Below, in pieces: positions 8,462-19,003 of a DNA stretch of 19,003 nt. Both the position numbers and the translations under genes were made by a program. The stretch lies in assembly GCA_018985225.1 (NCBI GenBank), contig JADGIF010000114.1, positions 1 to 19,003 on the forward strand, given 5' to 3'. The notes under the pieces are model-generated. The model saw only the letters and a program-made list of their open reading frames with translations, made no database searches and was not told where the DNA came from. The stretch's first letter is position 1, and every line of letters starts with the position of its first letter. The DNA is from Amoeboradix gromovi X-113 (taxonomy: Eukaryota > Fungi > Sanchytriomycota).

Positions 8462-9433
8462 ATGAGTTGTTTTCAAGTAGAAAACTCAACGTTTTGTAGT
8501 GCCTGGAATAATAAATCAATTAAAGTAGGAACTAAGTTACAAAACAGCGATTTGATAATAAACGATACGGAAAGTTTGGATGCTTCTATTTTGCAGATAT
8601 TTGACAAGCATTATAGTTTAATTAATGGTAATTGCCAAAAAGATGTGCAAATGAGGAATTATGCAGCATGGCTGTGCGATAGTGCTATTGAAGGTAGTGA
8701 GGGATGTTCAAACACCAGAATATGTCAGAATACATGCCAGCAATTTAGCTATGACTATAGCAAGCTGACAGAAACGTGTAGTGGCGATTTAAAGACCTAT
8801 CAGACACAGATATCAAAGGACATTCAAGGTTACTGCATAAATCTAAACAGCACTGACTGTGTAATAGGGGACGCTAATTTAATAGGTAACTGTGGGTATC
8901 ACAATAAGAATGACATATGCTCTAAATGTCCCACCAAGATCGATGCGTTTTGCAACACTGATGGATTATCATCAAATTCATTTAAAACGGTATCCACGAC
9001 AATGCTAGTGTTGGGTCTAATAGTAGCTATTGGTATTTTAACATACTGCATATCAATCAGAATTAGAAGGGGCAGGAAGCTAAAGAGTATCTTGGCAAAG
9101 GGGGATGCAGAAATGAATTATGAGGACTACATTTATGATCCAATAACAAACAAATTGATAGCGCCAAGTAACTCTACAATTGATACTTCGAAACTTACCG
9201 GAATAGGAAACAACTCCTCTGTAGTACCAGTAAATACGTATACCGCAATAACCGCACCCGTGACTACAGCACGCAACACCTTACCGTTAACTACGATCAG
9301 TAGATACTCTGATTTTATTAAACAGTCAGACTCTATTAATTCAGATAAAACAGATTCTAGAGGAAGGAATGAAAATAGTCCAAAATTAACAACTTTTGAC
9401 AGTGAGTCGGAAAAAGATTTGGGAACAGTTTAA
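8462..9433 (+). CDS. Cys-rich single-pass membrane protein, function unknown
   Basis: 323-aa ORF; Cys-rich N-terminal half with N-glycosylation sequons; TM MLVLGLIVAIGILTYCISI followed by RIRRGRK; S/T-rich tail; AATAAA just after the stop. Confidence 0.8.
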   Translation: MSCFQVENSTFCSAWNNKSIKVGTKLQNSDLIINDTESLDASILQIFDKHYSLINGNCQKDVQMRNYAAWLCDSAIEGSEGCSNTRICQNTCQQFSYDYSKLTETCSGDLKTYQTQISKDIQGYCINLNSTDCVIGDANLIGNCGYHNKNDICSKCPTKIDAFCNTDGLSSNSFKTVSTTMLVLGLIVAIGILTYCISIRIRRGRKLKSILAKGDAEMNYEDYIYDPITNKLIAPSNSTIDTSKLTGIGNNSSVVPVNTYTAITAPVTTARNTLPLTTISRYSDFIKQSDSINSDKTDSRGRNENSPKLTTFDSESEKDLGTV

Positions 9434-9906
9434 TTAATAAATATGTTTAAATTGACAAACGGGTGTTTACAAATATAAATTACTACTTTCATAGCACAAA
9501 CATTCCTTGGTATACATCAGAGATTAGAGCGGACGAATGAAAATAATCTGGAATTTGGTCTAAAAACGAGGTTATCGTCCAAAGAAAGAGGATAGTCATC
9601 AGATATATCTAATGGAGTATATATCAGTCACATGCATAGAGATTTTGGGCCTCTAAAAAGGGAAGTTCGGAAAGATACTTAAGAACCTGCCATTTGGAAG
9701 TAGATAGAGTGCATATGCTGGTAATATAAGTATCCTGATTATTGACGCCTCGTGGTAGTGGGAGAGTAGGCTAACAATATAATTGAGTCCCAGATACAGA
9801 GCAAATATAGAAGTGTGCGATGTGAATGATGAGTACGCTGGTCAGTTGTGAAGTGAATTTTAATGGCAAACAGTGCTCCTTTATGGAGAGAACGACCGTG
9901 GAGCAA

Positions 9907-9957
9907 TCCCATAGTGTGCGGGCAGTACGGTGTTACTTAGCCTCGCACACTATGGGA
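9907..9957. repeat. perfect 14-bp inverted repeat / long hairpin in an ~830-bp intergenic region
   Basis: TCCCATAGTGTGCG (9907-9920) pairs with CGCACACTATGGGA (9944-9957), extended inward by GGC/GCC and AGTA/TACT. Confidence 0.9.
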
Positions 9958-10266
9958 AATCATGCCATAAATGGTACTCCAAACATACTGCATACCACTA
10001 CGCGACGCTCCATATAGTTGCCTACCTGTAGTTTTTTCTCGCGGTTGTCAAACCAACTCTGCATCGCCCAGGTTATTCTAGGCAGCTGACGCTTTGGAAA
10101 AATCTGTAAATGGATTTCCAACTCAACCATAATTGAGAGGTGCTGTCTTTATAGTACACGCAATACAGGTTGTGTAATTATTATGTAAGCCCTGAAAACG
10201 TGGCTTGCAAAACAATAAAAGACTCATGTTTTCAATCTTTTAAAGAATAACGCAATTACCCCATTC

Positions 10267-11109
10267 ATGACTTTGATTCTTCACCTCATTTTTTACAGCC
10301 TTCAAATTGATATTTGTGATTTTGATCGGTTGGCGCATTTAGGGACTAATTCCTTGTTTGTCAGTTCTACTTGTGATAAGTCAGTATGGAGACCAATTGG
10401 GATGCAAAAAGTCACAGTTATCTTTAAAAAAATTTCAGATGCTGTTAAGCATATTGCAAGTAATTCCAATGATCTGAAATCCGAAAGGGCACTTGCTAGA
10501 GTTCACGATCTTGAAAATGTTTTATCAAGCCCCAATGGAATTAATGGCTACTGTAACGTCAGGATAAGAAAAAGAAGTTTACCAACAGCCAATTATCAAG
10601 ATCCCATATCTCAATCTAAATGGATATGTCACCAAGGAGCAAAGGTGCTAGGCATTACATCTCTTGTTTTACTTGCATGTGCTGCAGCTACGACTCCGAG
10701 TTTTGTTAAGGATATCAAAAAAGAGACTAAGTTTGTTGCGGCGTTAAAGCCTATCGTAAGCGAGATCAGAACAGAAGTTAGAGAGTATTGTACTGTGAAT
10801 CCATGCCATAATGGTGTTCCCTTCTTAGAACCAGAAGCTGGTGAAAAGCCTTTGTATGCAATTGCACAGAAATACGAGTCGCATTGTTTAGACATTTTTA
10901 ATGACTTTAGAAACAACATAGATAATTCCGCATGTAGCTGGTTGAATGACCAGCTGAGAGATGCAGAGGCTAATGAACAAAAATCAGAAGACTCAAAAAA
11001 TCAAAAAATTACAAATTTAAAGATTTTTTACGGAGTTCCAATTTTGCTGGCAGCTGTTAGCATGGTACTTGATAAAGTGGCAAAACATGGATACGATACC
11101 ATTGAATAA
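10267..11109 (+). CDS. hypothetical secretory-pathway or membrane protein
   Basis: 280-aa ORF; hydrophobic N-terminus, RKR dibasic site, two hydrophobic segments flanking a Cys-containing loop; AATAAA overlaps the stop. Confidence 0.75.
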   Translation: MTLILHLIFYSLQIDICDFDRLAHLGTNSLFVSSTCDKSVWRPIGMQKVTVIFKKISDAVKHIASNSNDLKSERALARVHDLENVLSSPNGINGYCNVRIRKRSLPTANYQDPISQSKWICHQGAKVLGITSLVLLACAAATTPSFVKDIKKETKFVAALKPIVSEIRTEVREYCTVNPCHNGVPFLEPEAGEKPLYAIAQKYESHCLDIFNDFRNNIDNSACSWLNDQLRDAEANEQKSEDSKNQKITNLKIFYGVPILLAAVSMVLDKVAKHGYDTIE

Positions 11110-11193
11110 ATCTATGAAATACGTAATACATCCAGGTTTCTAACAGCACCAAACAAGGCTTGACTTGATCTTGGACTGTTCTAAAAGTATTCA

Positions 11194-11435
11194 GTAACCA
11201 TCAAAAAGGATATAAAACAGATTTTTAGCGGGATTCATGGTAAATTTCACCATGGCATGCAGTTACAATTGTGAGAATAATGATCTTTATCAGAGTAACA
11301 AGTGCAAAAGGCGTATGAAATTTTTAATAATCCAGATGTTTGCAGTTTTGAAGATCCAAACCTTGAAAAAAGACTGGCTTGCTAGATTCCGACCATGTAT
11401 GATGTTAATTTTGCTTAACATGGATACACTTGCAT
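11194..11435 (+). pseudogene. possible frameshifted relic paralogous to the 10267..11109 gene
   Basis: Across frameshifts: IKQIFSGIHGKF/TMACSYNCENN vs LKPIVSEIRTEVREYCTVNPCHN; YQSNKC..EIFNNPDVCSF vs YESHC..DFRNNIDNSACSW; A*HGY vs AKHGY. Aligned by eye only. Confidence 0.4.
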
Positions 11436-11497
11436 CCCCCTCAATTTAATTAAGATAGCAGCAAAACAAAGCCTTTGTAATAACTATTTTATTCAAT

Positions 11498-14400
11498 TCA
11501 AAATACATCACTCAATTTCTTAATCCCACCGCTATTTCTACTTCTTTTTGTTATTTCTTGCCCGGTTACTTTCATAAACATCTTTTGCAACTTATCTCCA
11601 CTTACACTTCTGTTCTCATTATTAGGCCAATGAAATGAGAGCTCATTCCAAATCTCCATTTCAAATCCGTGGTCATACACATTCTCGACACACGCATCGT
11701 TAATAAATGATCCAAATTTAACTAAAAACTCCTTAGTAGCTTTGATCTTCTCGCTTTTTACCTTTTCAGCTCTTAATTTTCTGCTAAAAACAGTCAAGTC
11801 CTTTATTACCGGTTTCAGTACATCTTGTGGAGATAACTTAGAAGTCTCTTGTTTGTTTGATTTAGGCGCGCTATTGAGCTTCGGTTTCTTGTTCACTTGG
11901 GGCGCTGGCTGTTTTCTTTTGGCAGGCTTGCCGTTTTTCTTTATTGTTTCTAGCACCAATTCGCATCTTCTTGCGATTTGATCCTCCTTGGGGCACTTTG
12001 GATCCTCAAAATTCAATTTATCAAGTTTCAGTTCTTCATCTTCGACTATCTTCTTCCAACTACCATATCCATATCTGTACACACCATACACCAGCATTGC
12101 GTCGTCAATTGAGGTCCATTTCACATTCCAAACATGGCTGACTTTATCCAACTTTAAAGGAATTCTGAATTGGCTTGGTTCTCTTTCGTCAATATAGGTT
12201 TCTAGACTTGCTAGCAGCATGCTTCTGTTTATTAGTGGTTTAGGATGCTTAATCCTAATCCCGCCGTACTCGCACTGGCCATCAGCAGCTGATTCTAGAT
12301 GATGGTTACAGGCCGCTAACAGCCCATCTACAGTCTCCTTTATCTTCAAATCACTCACAGTTTCCAATCCACATTCTCTTTTGATGTCTTGTATTCTGCT
12401 AGGTGCATAATGCATTAATCCTCTTGATATTGATCTCAGCTCTCGCTCGCTTAGTACGTCACCAGCACTTCTTTGTTTCTTCTTCGTGACAGCAACCTGA
12501 GGTTCGGGTTGTTGATTGAACATCTTTGCGAGGTTATAGTTCACTTGAGTTCTATTTCGTTGCCCCAAATCTTGCTTTATTAGTTCCTGTGTTTCCATCT
12601 GTTCCTTCAATTCCACTGGTATAATATCATCCCATTCTATGTCATTAACATCTTGCACTTTAAACTGCTGCAGAAACTCGTCTCCTACATGTCCTACTGC
12701 CAGTTCATCCTCTGTATCCAGCTTTTCAGCCGTGGATAAAATCTTATCCAAGTCAACCTCTTCTGGTTTGACATCAGTGAACATGTTTTTAGCTCCAAAT
12801 TTAAGAATGGAGTTCAATTCTTCCCTGGTGAAGTCCGTTTTACCTACGGTAGGGCCATGTATCCCCAAAGAAGATGCATCCAAGTTGTTTATCAAACAGA
12901 ATTCTAATATTCTCTTTCTTCTAGCTCTTTCAATAATCTCTTCATCAATTGTGTCTTTCGCTATCAATCGATATACAGTAACTGCTTTCGTTTGCCCTAT
13001 TCTGTGTGATCTGGCCATTGCTTGTAAGTCGTTCTGCGGATTGAAGTCGCTGTCATATATGATAACATTGTTGGCGGCAGTTAGCGTCAATCCCAATCCT
13101 CCTGCTTTAGTGCTCAACAAAAATATGAAATCACTGCTATCTTCAGCATTAAATCTATCCACTGCTTTAATTCTATCCGTGCTGTTTACACTTCCATCTA
13201 GTCTTTGGAATTTGTACCTCTTCATCTTTAAGTAGTCGCTTAAAATATCCAACATCTTCACCATTTGACTAAATATCAACACCTTATCCCCAGATTCATA
13301 TAGCCGGGTTAACAGCTTATCTAGCAATGTCAGTTTACCACAGCACTGGATCATCTTATTCAATGCAGCCGTACTATTGATGTCATAAGAATCCTGCAGT
13401 AAGTACGGGTGGTTTGTTACCTTTTTAGTTTCCATCATTATATTTAACAAGCTCACTCTTGAGTCCTTTAATGCTCGTTGTAATTCCATGTAATTGCGAC
13501 TAGTAATATCCCTATAAAGCTTCATTTGCCACTCACTCATGGGAACTCTCAAATTCATTTCGGTCTTACTTGGCAATGATTCAACATCTTTCTTTACCCT
13601 ACGCAGCAAGTAATGCTTCAATTTCTCGTGTATCTTTTTGATCATTGTAGAATCTTGGTCATTATAGTTTAAGATGAATCCATCCATTTCTTTTATCTTA
13701 CCTGGCATCAGGAAATCAATCAACGACTTGAGCTCTTGCATGTTATTTTGCAGTGGTGTACCCGTAATGATTAAACGATTTCGAGTGCTAAAGCTGGTTA
13801 GTGTTTCATGAAGTAACGATTCAGAGTTCTTCAAACGATGTCCCTCGTCGATAGCCAGATACTGCCACTTAAATGAGCCAAGGAACTGCGCGTCTTTGAT
13901 AATCATTTCGTAAGTAGTTAGCACAACGTTACATTTAGGATTAGAAGGCCCAAACTCAAAATCACGAATAATGGCTCTGCTACTCTGGCTGCCAAGATAA
14001 ATGATGACGTCCAACTCCGGTGCCCATTTCCTGAATTCCTTGCTCCATGAATTCATAACGCTAAGCGGCACAACAATAAGAAACGGGCCATAAATAGAAT
14101 ATTCATTAAACAAGACATTGAGAAATGTAATAGTTTGAATGGTCTTACCAAGTCCCATTTCGTCAGCTAGAATACCGTTTTGGTCGTTTACCCATTGATA
14201 TATCATCCAGTTAACACCAAGTAGTTGATAATCGCGAAGAACAAGGTTGCTAGGGATATAATCAGGCTGTTGATTAAGAATCAGCTTGGTGCGCTTAGCT
14301 TTTGAGTACTTCTTACTGTTGCTAGGAATCGTGGTGCTAGACTGTCTAACTAAAAACTGATCGATTTGAGGTTGCGCAATGTTACTTACAGTTTCGTTGG

Positions 14401-15109
14401 TTTCCCATGTAGCTTGTTCGTATTCTAATAAACACCACTTTACAAGATATTGTTCATCTTCGTCTACATCCAGAATACGTTCTGGTGTCTTGTACTCTAT
14501 TAACCGTTGACGATTAAACTCTTGTTCAATTAATAAATCTTCTAGATCGTCTGCATCAAGCACTTTCATTGCACTTTGCACGTTGTTGATAAAATTAATA
14601 ACCTTTTTATATCCTGGCATACCTCTCAACTCCGTTAGCTCTTTCCACTCAACATGCAAATATGACGCATCGTTCCATTTAATTAAATACTCGGTAACGG
14701 TATAGTCTTCGTCTGGGACATCTACACTTTTAAAGTCCAATACCTTCTCAATTTTACGAACTGGCTCCTCTTCGTATTGAATTTCCATGTCATCCTGCAT
14801 TAGCAGATCCTCGTTACCTGCTTCACTATCAATAGCATCTTCCTCCTCCTCATCTTCTTGGTCACTATTCCATTTATCGTATTGCACTCTTGGTTTACTT
14901 CTATCGCTCATTCTTTGGTAATCTGTTTTGTTATTTATTTTCTCGATGTCAATATCCCTTTCTTCATCTTCACTACTACTAATGACTCTTCCTTCTTTAA
15001 ATTCATCGTCTATGCTTGTCTTAGCGCTACTGCCTTCCTCACTGTCTGCATATGTCACTTTATTGCGGGTGCGCAATCCCAAAGAAGCTGCACGTTCTAT
15101 TTCAGACAT
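11498..15109 (-). CDS. CHD1: chromodomain helicase DNA-binding protein (CHD1/Hrp1-type remodeler)
   Basis: Tandem chromodomains (EYLIKW..SYLHVEW; QYLVKW..YEQATWE), SNF2 ATPase ([39 protein letters not shown]), SLIDE-like [21 protein letters not shown]; uninterrupted 1203 aa. Confidence 0.96.
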   Translation of the reverse strand: MSEIERAASLGLRTRNKVTYADSEEGSSAKTSIDDEFKEGRVISSSEDEERDIDIEKINNKTDYQRMSDRSKPRVQYDKWNSDQEDEEEEDAIDSEAGNEDLLMQDDMEIQYEEEPVRKIEKVLDFKSVDVPDEDYTVTEYLIKWNDASYLHVEWKELTELRGMPGYKKVINFINNVQSAMKVLDADDLEDLLIEQEFNRQRLIEYKTPERILDVDEDEQYLVKWCLLEYEQATWETNETVSNIAQPQIDQFLVRQSSTTIPSNSKKYSKAKRTKLILNQQPDYIPSNLVLRDYQLLGVNWMIYQWVNDQNGILADEMGLGKTIQTITFLNVLFNEYSIYGPFLIVVPLSVMNSWSKEFRKWAPELDVIIYLGSQSSRAIIRDFEFGPSNPKCNVVLTTYEMIIKDAQFLGSFKWQYLAIDEGHRLKNSESLLHETLTSFSTRNRLIITGTPLQNNMQELKSLIDFLMPGKIKEMDGFILNYNDQDSTMIKKIHEKLKHYLLRRVKKDVESLPSKTEMNLRVPMSEWQMKLYRDITSRNYMELQRALKDSRVSLLNIMMETKKVTNHPYLLQDSYDINSTAALNKMIQCCGKLTLLDKLLTRLYESGDKVLIFSQMVKMLDILSDYLKMKRYKFQRLDGSVNSTDRIKAVDRFNAEDSSDFIFLLSTKAGGLGLTLTAANNVIIYDSDFNPQNDLQAMARSHRIGQTKAVTVYRLIAKDTIDEEIIERARRKRILEFCLINNLDASSLGIHGPTVGKTDFTREELNSILKFGAKNMFTDVKPEEVDLDKILSTAEKLDTEDELAVGHVGDEFLQQFKVQDVNDIEWDDIIPVELKEQMETQELIKQDLGQRNRTQVNYNLAKMFNQQPEPQVAVTKKKQRSAGDVLSERELRSISRGLMHYAPSRIQDIKRECGLETVSDLKIKETVDGLLAACNHHLESAADGQCEYGGIRIKHPKPLINRSMLLASLETYIDEREPSQFRIPLKLDKVSHVWNVKWTSIDDAMLVYGVYRYGYGSWKKIVEDEELKLDKLNFEDPKCPKEDQIARRCELVLETIKKNGKPAKRKQPAPQVNKKPKLNSAPKSNKQETSKLSPQDVLKPVIKDLTVFSRKLRAEKVKSEKIKATKEFLVKFGSFINDACVENVYDHGFEMEIWNELSFHWPNNENRSVSGDKLQKMFMKVTGQEITKRSRNSGGIKKLSDVF

Positions 15110-15155
15110 TTGAATGTAGTTTGAAGAATAACCCCAGTTATAATGAAGTCATTTA

Positions 15156-16248
15156 TTAACTAAATGGCATTATGCCACCATAGAATGCTAAGTAGGGATC
15201 ATCAACCATTGTGGCTTGTTCTAGTTCATCCTTTCTCCATGGATGCATCTCTTCCTCAGTATCTGCAACCTTGGTATCAACTTCAACTGAATCTTCTCCG
15301 ATTACACCCATCAATTTCCGGTACTCTTCGTCAAGTAATTGATTCTGGTTTGCCATTTTAGTTGAATATTCCGGATTTCCTTTATTCGGACAGTCCATCG
15401 CAGTATGCTCTCCTTTACATATAGGACACTTGTTCTGATTGTAATCCTCGCCTGCTATTAATTGGGTCATATCCACAACCTCCAGTTGCTCTCCACCTTC
15501 ATCATGTCTTAGTGTTCCATTTATTGCTGCTAATTCACGTAGTTGTTGCTTCTTTAACAGATTTTGTGCTTCCGGTACTGCTATCGCCGATTCTATTATA
15601 TTGTTTACCATTTTGCTTGCTTTCTTAATTACAGTCCAGTTTTTGCCCATTATACAAACATGTAAATCAAGGTCACTATCTATTTGATGAGCATCAATCT
15701 TACCTGCCTTTACTGCTCCTTTGCCCCTAATGCTTATTTTGGCACCAGATTCTCGCTCTACTACATTAATGACATTTACTCGTTTTTAATGTCTGGCCTC
15801 TCGGACCTATAAGAATACCAATAAAGTTGATACCAGGGAACTGATCAACAGGCACAAATACCCTCTCTTCTAACTTGGCATCTGTTTTTAAATCTTCTGG
15901 GGGAATAAATCGAGGATTAAGTATTTTAGCGTAACTTGCAAGCCTGTCCCGCGTTTCCATTAGCTTCTGGCGTTTACGGTGCTCTTGAGGGTATTGATCC
16001 GAGTCATTTGGGGTCACTAGCCGCTTTCTCAAGTAGTGCGATATCTCATCCATTCTGTAATGAGTTGCATAAGTTTCCACTAATTTATAAAATTGAAAAG
16101 GGATTAGAGATGGTATGACTTTGATTTTAGTACCTTGAGTAAATGGAGATTTCTTTTCAGGTGCCGGCGCTTTAGCACGCTTTGGTTTTTCACCTTTTGG
16201 AGGTGGTCGTATTTTTGGAGGAGGCTTAATCGGAGGAGGACTTTGCAT
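15156..16248 (-). CDS. MSL5: branchpoint-binding protein SF1/BBP; join(15780..16248,15156..15760), 357 aa
   Basis: The KH domain INFIGILIGPRGQTLKT|IERESGAKISIRGKG is restored by removing a 19-nt GT-AG intron; QUA2 LKKQQLRELAAINGTLR; one Zn knuckle CPICKGEHTAMDC. Confidence 0.92.
15761..15779 (-). other. 19-nt spliceosomal-type intron GTAAATGTCATTAATGTAG
   Basis: GT..AG ends; contains the in-frame TAA; its removal restores both the reading frame and the exact KH-domain spacing. Confidence 0.85.
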
Positions 16249-16927
16249 GTTTAAAGGGGCGTTATTGGAATACTTTGGTGAATATCCTGAACGGATGACT
16301 CCTTAAAGACTCTTTCATTCTAGAAGCTGGTTCAGTGCATTCCCTGATCTTACTTCGATCACTACGATTCCTAGATATAACAATCCAAAAGAAAAAAAAC
16401 GGTGATTATGTAATTATGATACTTTTATTATAATTATCAAATTAATTATAATTTAACTCGCTCTGTAAAAACACAGCAAAAGAGTGATCCTAGTAATAGT
16501 CAGGCCATTTTTGCAAAATCTGATTCATAATTGCGTTGGAAATTCAACTCTAGCGTGCCAACAGCTCGAAGACTATCTATCGGCCGCACTAGAGGAAAGT
16601 TGCTTAAGTCTCTCAGACTGCTGAAAAATGATTATGTGAGATATACAGCTGAAAATTCAGTCAAAGCCCACTTGGTGACGAGTTTTAGTTCATCTATTCT
16701 TATCTTCACAGCTTTCCCATTTTTTGCTGGGCTTACTAAGTAAAGCTTTGAGCAACTTTTTGATTCGCTGGGATGCCATTTTGCTTGATTCAAAACAACA
16801 AAATTGCTTCTCGGTACACTGCAATAAGTTTTTGCCTCTTTAAAATATGGTTCATCGATAAGTAGGCTCTCAACGTCCAATCAAACATAATTTCTTTCTT
16901 GTCAAATAGATAGAGCGTGCTTCCATC

Positions 16928-18520
16928 ATGCTTCTTTGGTTAATAAGTTTAGCGATGAACAATTCTGAGGACTGCTCTAGTTTAATAGCTTTGGCCACCT
17001 CGATGAATATGAACTCATCTGCACCTATATTCCAGCATCTTTTCAACGATTGCTGTTATGCACCAGGTGTCATATGTTTATCTGGCAGAGTAACTGAGCT
17101 GCACTGGCAACAACTCAGTTTGAGCGGATACATAAATGGGACGTCGTTACCGAAATCACTAACTTATTTGAATTTGGACGATAACCAGATATCTAGCAGC
17201 ATCCCCTACGATTTACCTAGCGGACTAACCTTTTTGTCGCTCAAAGGGAACAAATTAGAAGGTCTAATTCCATACGTTCTACCTTCCAACCTGACCACTT
17301 TAAGATTGGGATACAACGACTTAAACGGTTACATCCATTCGTTACCAGGTGGTTTAGTGCATTTGGAACTAAACAATAACAATTTGTTCGGAAGCATTCC
17401 CACAATTTTACCGCAAGAACTGACGCATTTGGATTTGTCGTCAAACAATTTGCAAAGTAATGTTCCGCAAAATCTTCCATTTACTTTGAAATATTTATCC
17501 CTGCATACCAATCGGTTAACTGGCACTTTTTATAGTATGCTATATGGTATTACTTACTTAGACCTGCACAGAAATCAACTCAGTGGTACCTTGACTGCGT
17601 ATTTTCTGCAATTTTTGAACATTAGAGACAATCAATTTACAGACGTAAATGTGATCCAAAAATTTTCGTTAACGCCTTTAACATGCGATCTGTCTAATAA
17701 TCCTTTGGATATGACGAATCCACACATTGCCAGTTTAACTATGTGTATTATTTCACAGCGCAGTGACTCAGATTCCAGCACAATGGTAGAAACTGACACA
17801 ATTCTCTCTTCTTCAGTTGTGAATGAGCAGAGCACTAATGTTTTTACATCGTTTACAATCGATGCAGATAAAAAGTCCATGGTTTCGAAGCATAACTTAG
17901 TACAGGACTCGGATAGCTTTACTGCTTCAACTGCAACATTTCCAAAATCAAAATCTGTAGAGGAGTCATTGTCGTATCCAAATTCTTCAAGGACGGAAGA
18001 ATTGATTAGTTTCGCTTTGTCTTCTGCGAGTTCTTCCTCTGTATCTAAATATTCTACAAAAAAAGAAGACGAAAATAAAGGGACGAGTAAACAAGCCGAG
18101 TACCTCTCTTTTGAAGAGATAGAATGGCATTCCACCGCTAAATCCTCAAAAACTTCTAAAAACGAAAGTAAAAATACAGATGAAATTAAGTCTATAAATT
18201 ATCGTACGGTATTTAAATCGTCCCTAATGAGCACTGTTGATTGGAATTCGGCTTATGCCTCTATGTCATATGATGACTATACAGCTACTGTACCAGATGT
18301 GGATGCTGCAAAACGTGTTAGTACAATTCAAGAACTATTAAACTCTCCTAACATTTTATATATCGCTGCCGGTGGACTTTTAGCAGCCATTTTGCTAGTT
18401 TTTGTTGCAGCTAAAGTGTTTAAACATCCAAAAATGAATTCTAAATTTGGAAGAAAAAATAGCTACGGTACTCTAAATACTGTCGCGTCACGGAGAACCG
18501 CAAAGAAAACTATATTTTAA
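16928..18520 (+). CDS. LRR receptor-like surface protein (signal peptide, Cys cap, ~7-8 LRRs, S/T-rich stalk, TM, short basic tail)
   Basis: Cap DCC..GVIC..GRVTELHW; repeats LxxLxLxxNxLxGxIPxxLP; TM ILYIAAGGLLAAILLVFVAA. Confidence 0.9.
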   Translation: MLLWLISLAMNNSEDCSSLIALATSMNMNSSAPIFQHLFNDCCYAPGVICLSGRVTELHWQQLSLSGYINGTSLPKSLTYLNLDDNQISSSIPYDLPSGLTFLSLKGNKLEGLIPYVLPSNLTTLRLGYNDLNGYIHSLPGGLVHLELNNNNLFGSIPTILPQELTHLDLSSNNLQSNVPQNLPFTLKYLSLHTNRLTGTFYSMLYGITYLDLHRNQLSGTLTAYFLQFLNIRDNQFTDVNVIQKFSLTPLTCDLSNNPLDMTNPHIASLTMCIISQRSDSDSSTMVETDTILSSSVVNEQSTNVFTSFTIDADKKSMVSKHNLVQDSDSFTASTATFPKSKSVEESLSYPNSSRTEELISFALSSASSSSVSKYSTKKEDENKGTSKQAEYLSFEEIEWHSTAKSSKTSKNESKNTDEIKSINYRTVFKSSLMSTVDWNSAYASMSYDDYTATVPDVDAAKRVSTIQELLNSPNILYIAAGGLLAAILLVFVAAKVFKHPKMNSKFGRKNSYGTLNTVASRRTAKKTIF

Positions 18521-18792
18521 GATGTCATTTCAACCTGAATTAAATAAAAACTTTTTGTTTGATAGTAGATTTACGGAATTTCAGTTGCTTAGATGAACTC
18601 TACACTAAGATGTTTTTCATTTATGAAAAGTCTCTTGTAACCAAGACTGCAGCCCTTAATATTCCTATTATCACATCGTTTGAACCAAAAAATAGCGTTA
18701 CCGCGCTATAAACCTTGTTTAGAATGATAAAAAAACCAAGTACTATCGCAATTGGTTATCACAAAGGTTTATTTTATTTATATATTTTAAGC

Positions 18793-19003
18793 TCATTTCA
18801 TGCTAGGTCTGTTCATCTTTGGACATGTGAAGCATTTTAATTGGCTCCAATTCTGAGAAATTCTATAAAAGCTCAGAATCTCTTCTAAGCCACTTAATTC
18901 AAATGACTGGAATCTATACATCCGCTTCATGGGTAGCTACTTCATCGTCAAAAGGTTACCACGAGGGTAATGGGAATGGAAACTGGAACGAAGAAGAATC
19001 CAG
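18793..19003 (-). CDS. possible 3' end of a gene entering from beyond the window, with a candidate 23-nt intron (18937..18959)
   Basis: Splicing GTAACCTTTTGACGATGAAGTAG joins GFFFVPVSIPITLV to LPMKRMYRF..RPSMK*; AATAAA follows the stop on the minus strand. No homology recognised. Confidence 0.3.

Noticed and set aside
9660-9672. GGGAAGTTCGG as RNase P CR-I
   Set aside because: No complementary CR-V partner found downstream.
15156-15650. Separate 164-aa and 160-aa genes, or a programmed frameshift
   Set aside because: The 19 extra nt with GT-AG ends are better explained as one intron in a single SF1 gene.
16632-16880. 82-aa minus ORF between SF1 and the LRR gene
   Set aside because: No ATG start and no recognisable homology; cannot be supported.
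18693-18705. 12/13 inverted match to CGCGGTACCGCTA at 5995-6007
   Set aside because: Only two occurrences; cannot be distinguished from chance.

Overview
AT-rich, very gene-dense and almost intron-free eukaryotic DNA in the standard genetic code. Gene content suggests an early-diverging fungus or fungus-related parasite with a compact genome (inference). Housekeeping genes: EamA/DMT transporter, SUV3 helicase, TFIIA-gamma, a Con7-like C2H2 factor, CUS2/TAT-SF1, CHD1 and SF1/BBP. Also present: a degenerate GT32 glycosyltransferase and three lineage-specific membrane or surface proteins, one of them a plant-type LRR receptor-like protein. The two most notable things are missed by the ORF track. 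(1) Two copies (1..189 and about 5414..5685) of the 3' end of a TnpB/Fanzor-type RNA-guided nuclease element. Each has the C-terminal zinc-ribbon/RuvC-III motif (CxxC..DxD..AARNI), then a ~130-nt structured segment that is ~93% identical between copies (putative omegaRNA scaffold and right end) and stops sharply before different flanks (putative guides). (2) A 19-nt GT-AG intron in the SF1/BBP gene, whose protein also lacks its usual ULM tryptophan and RSPSP motif.
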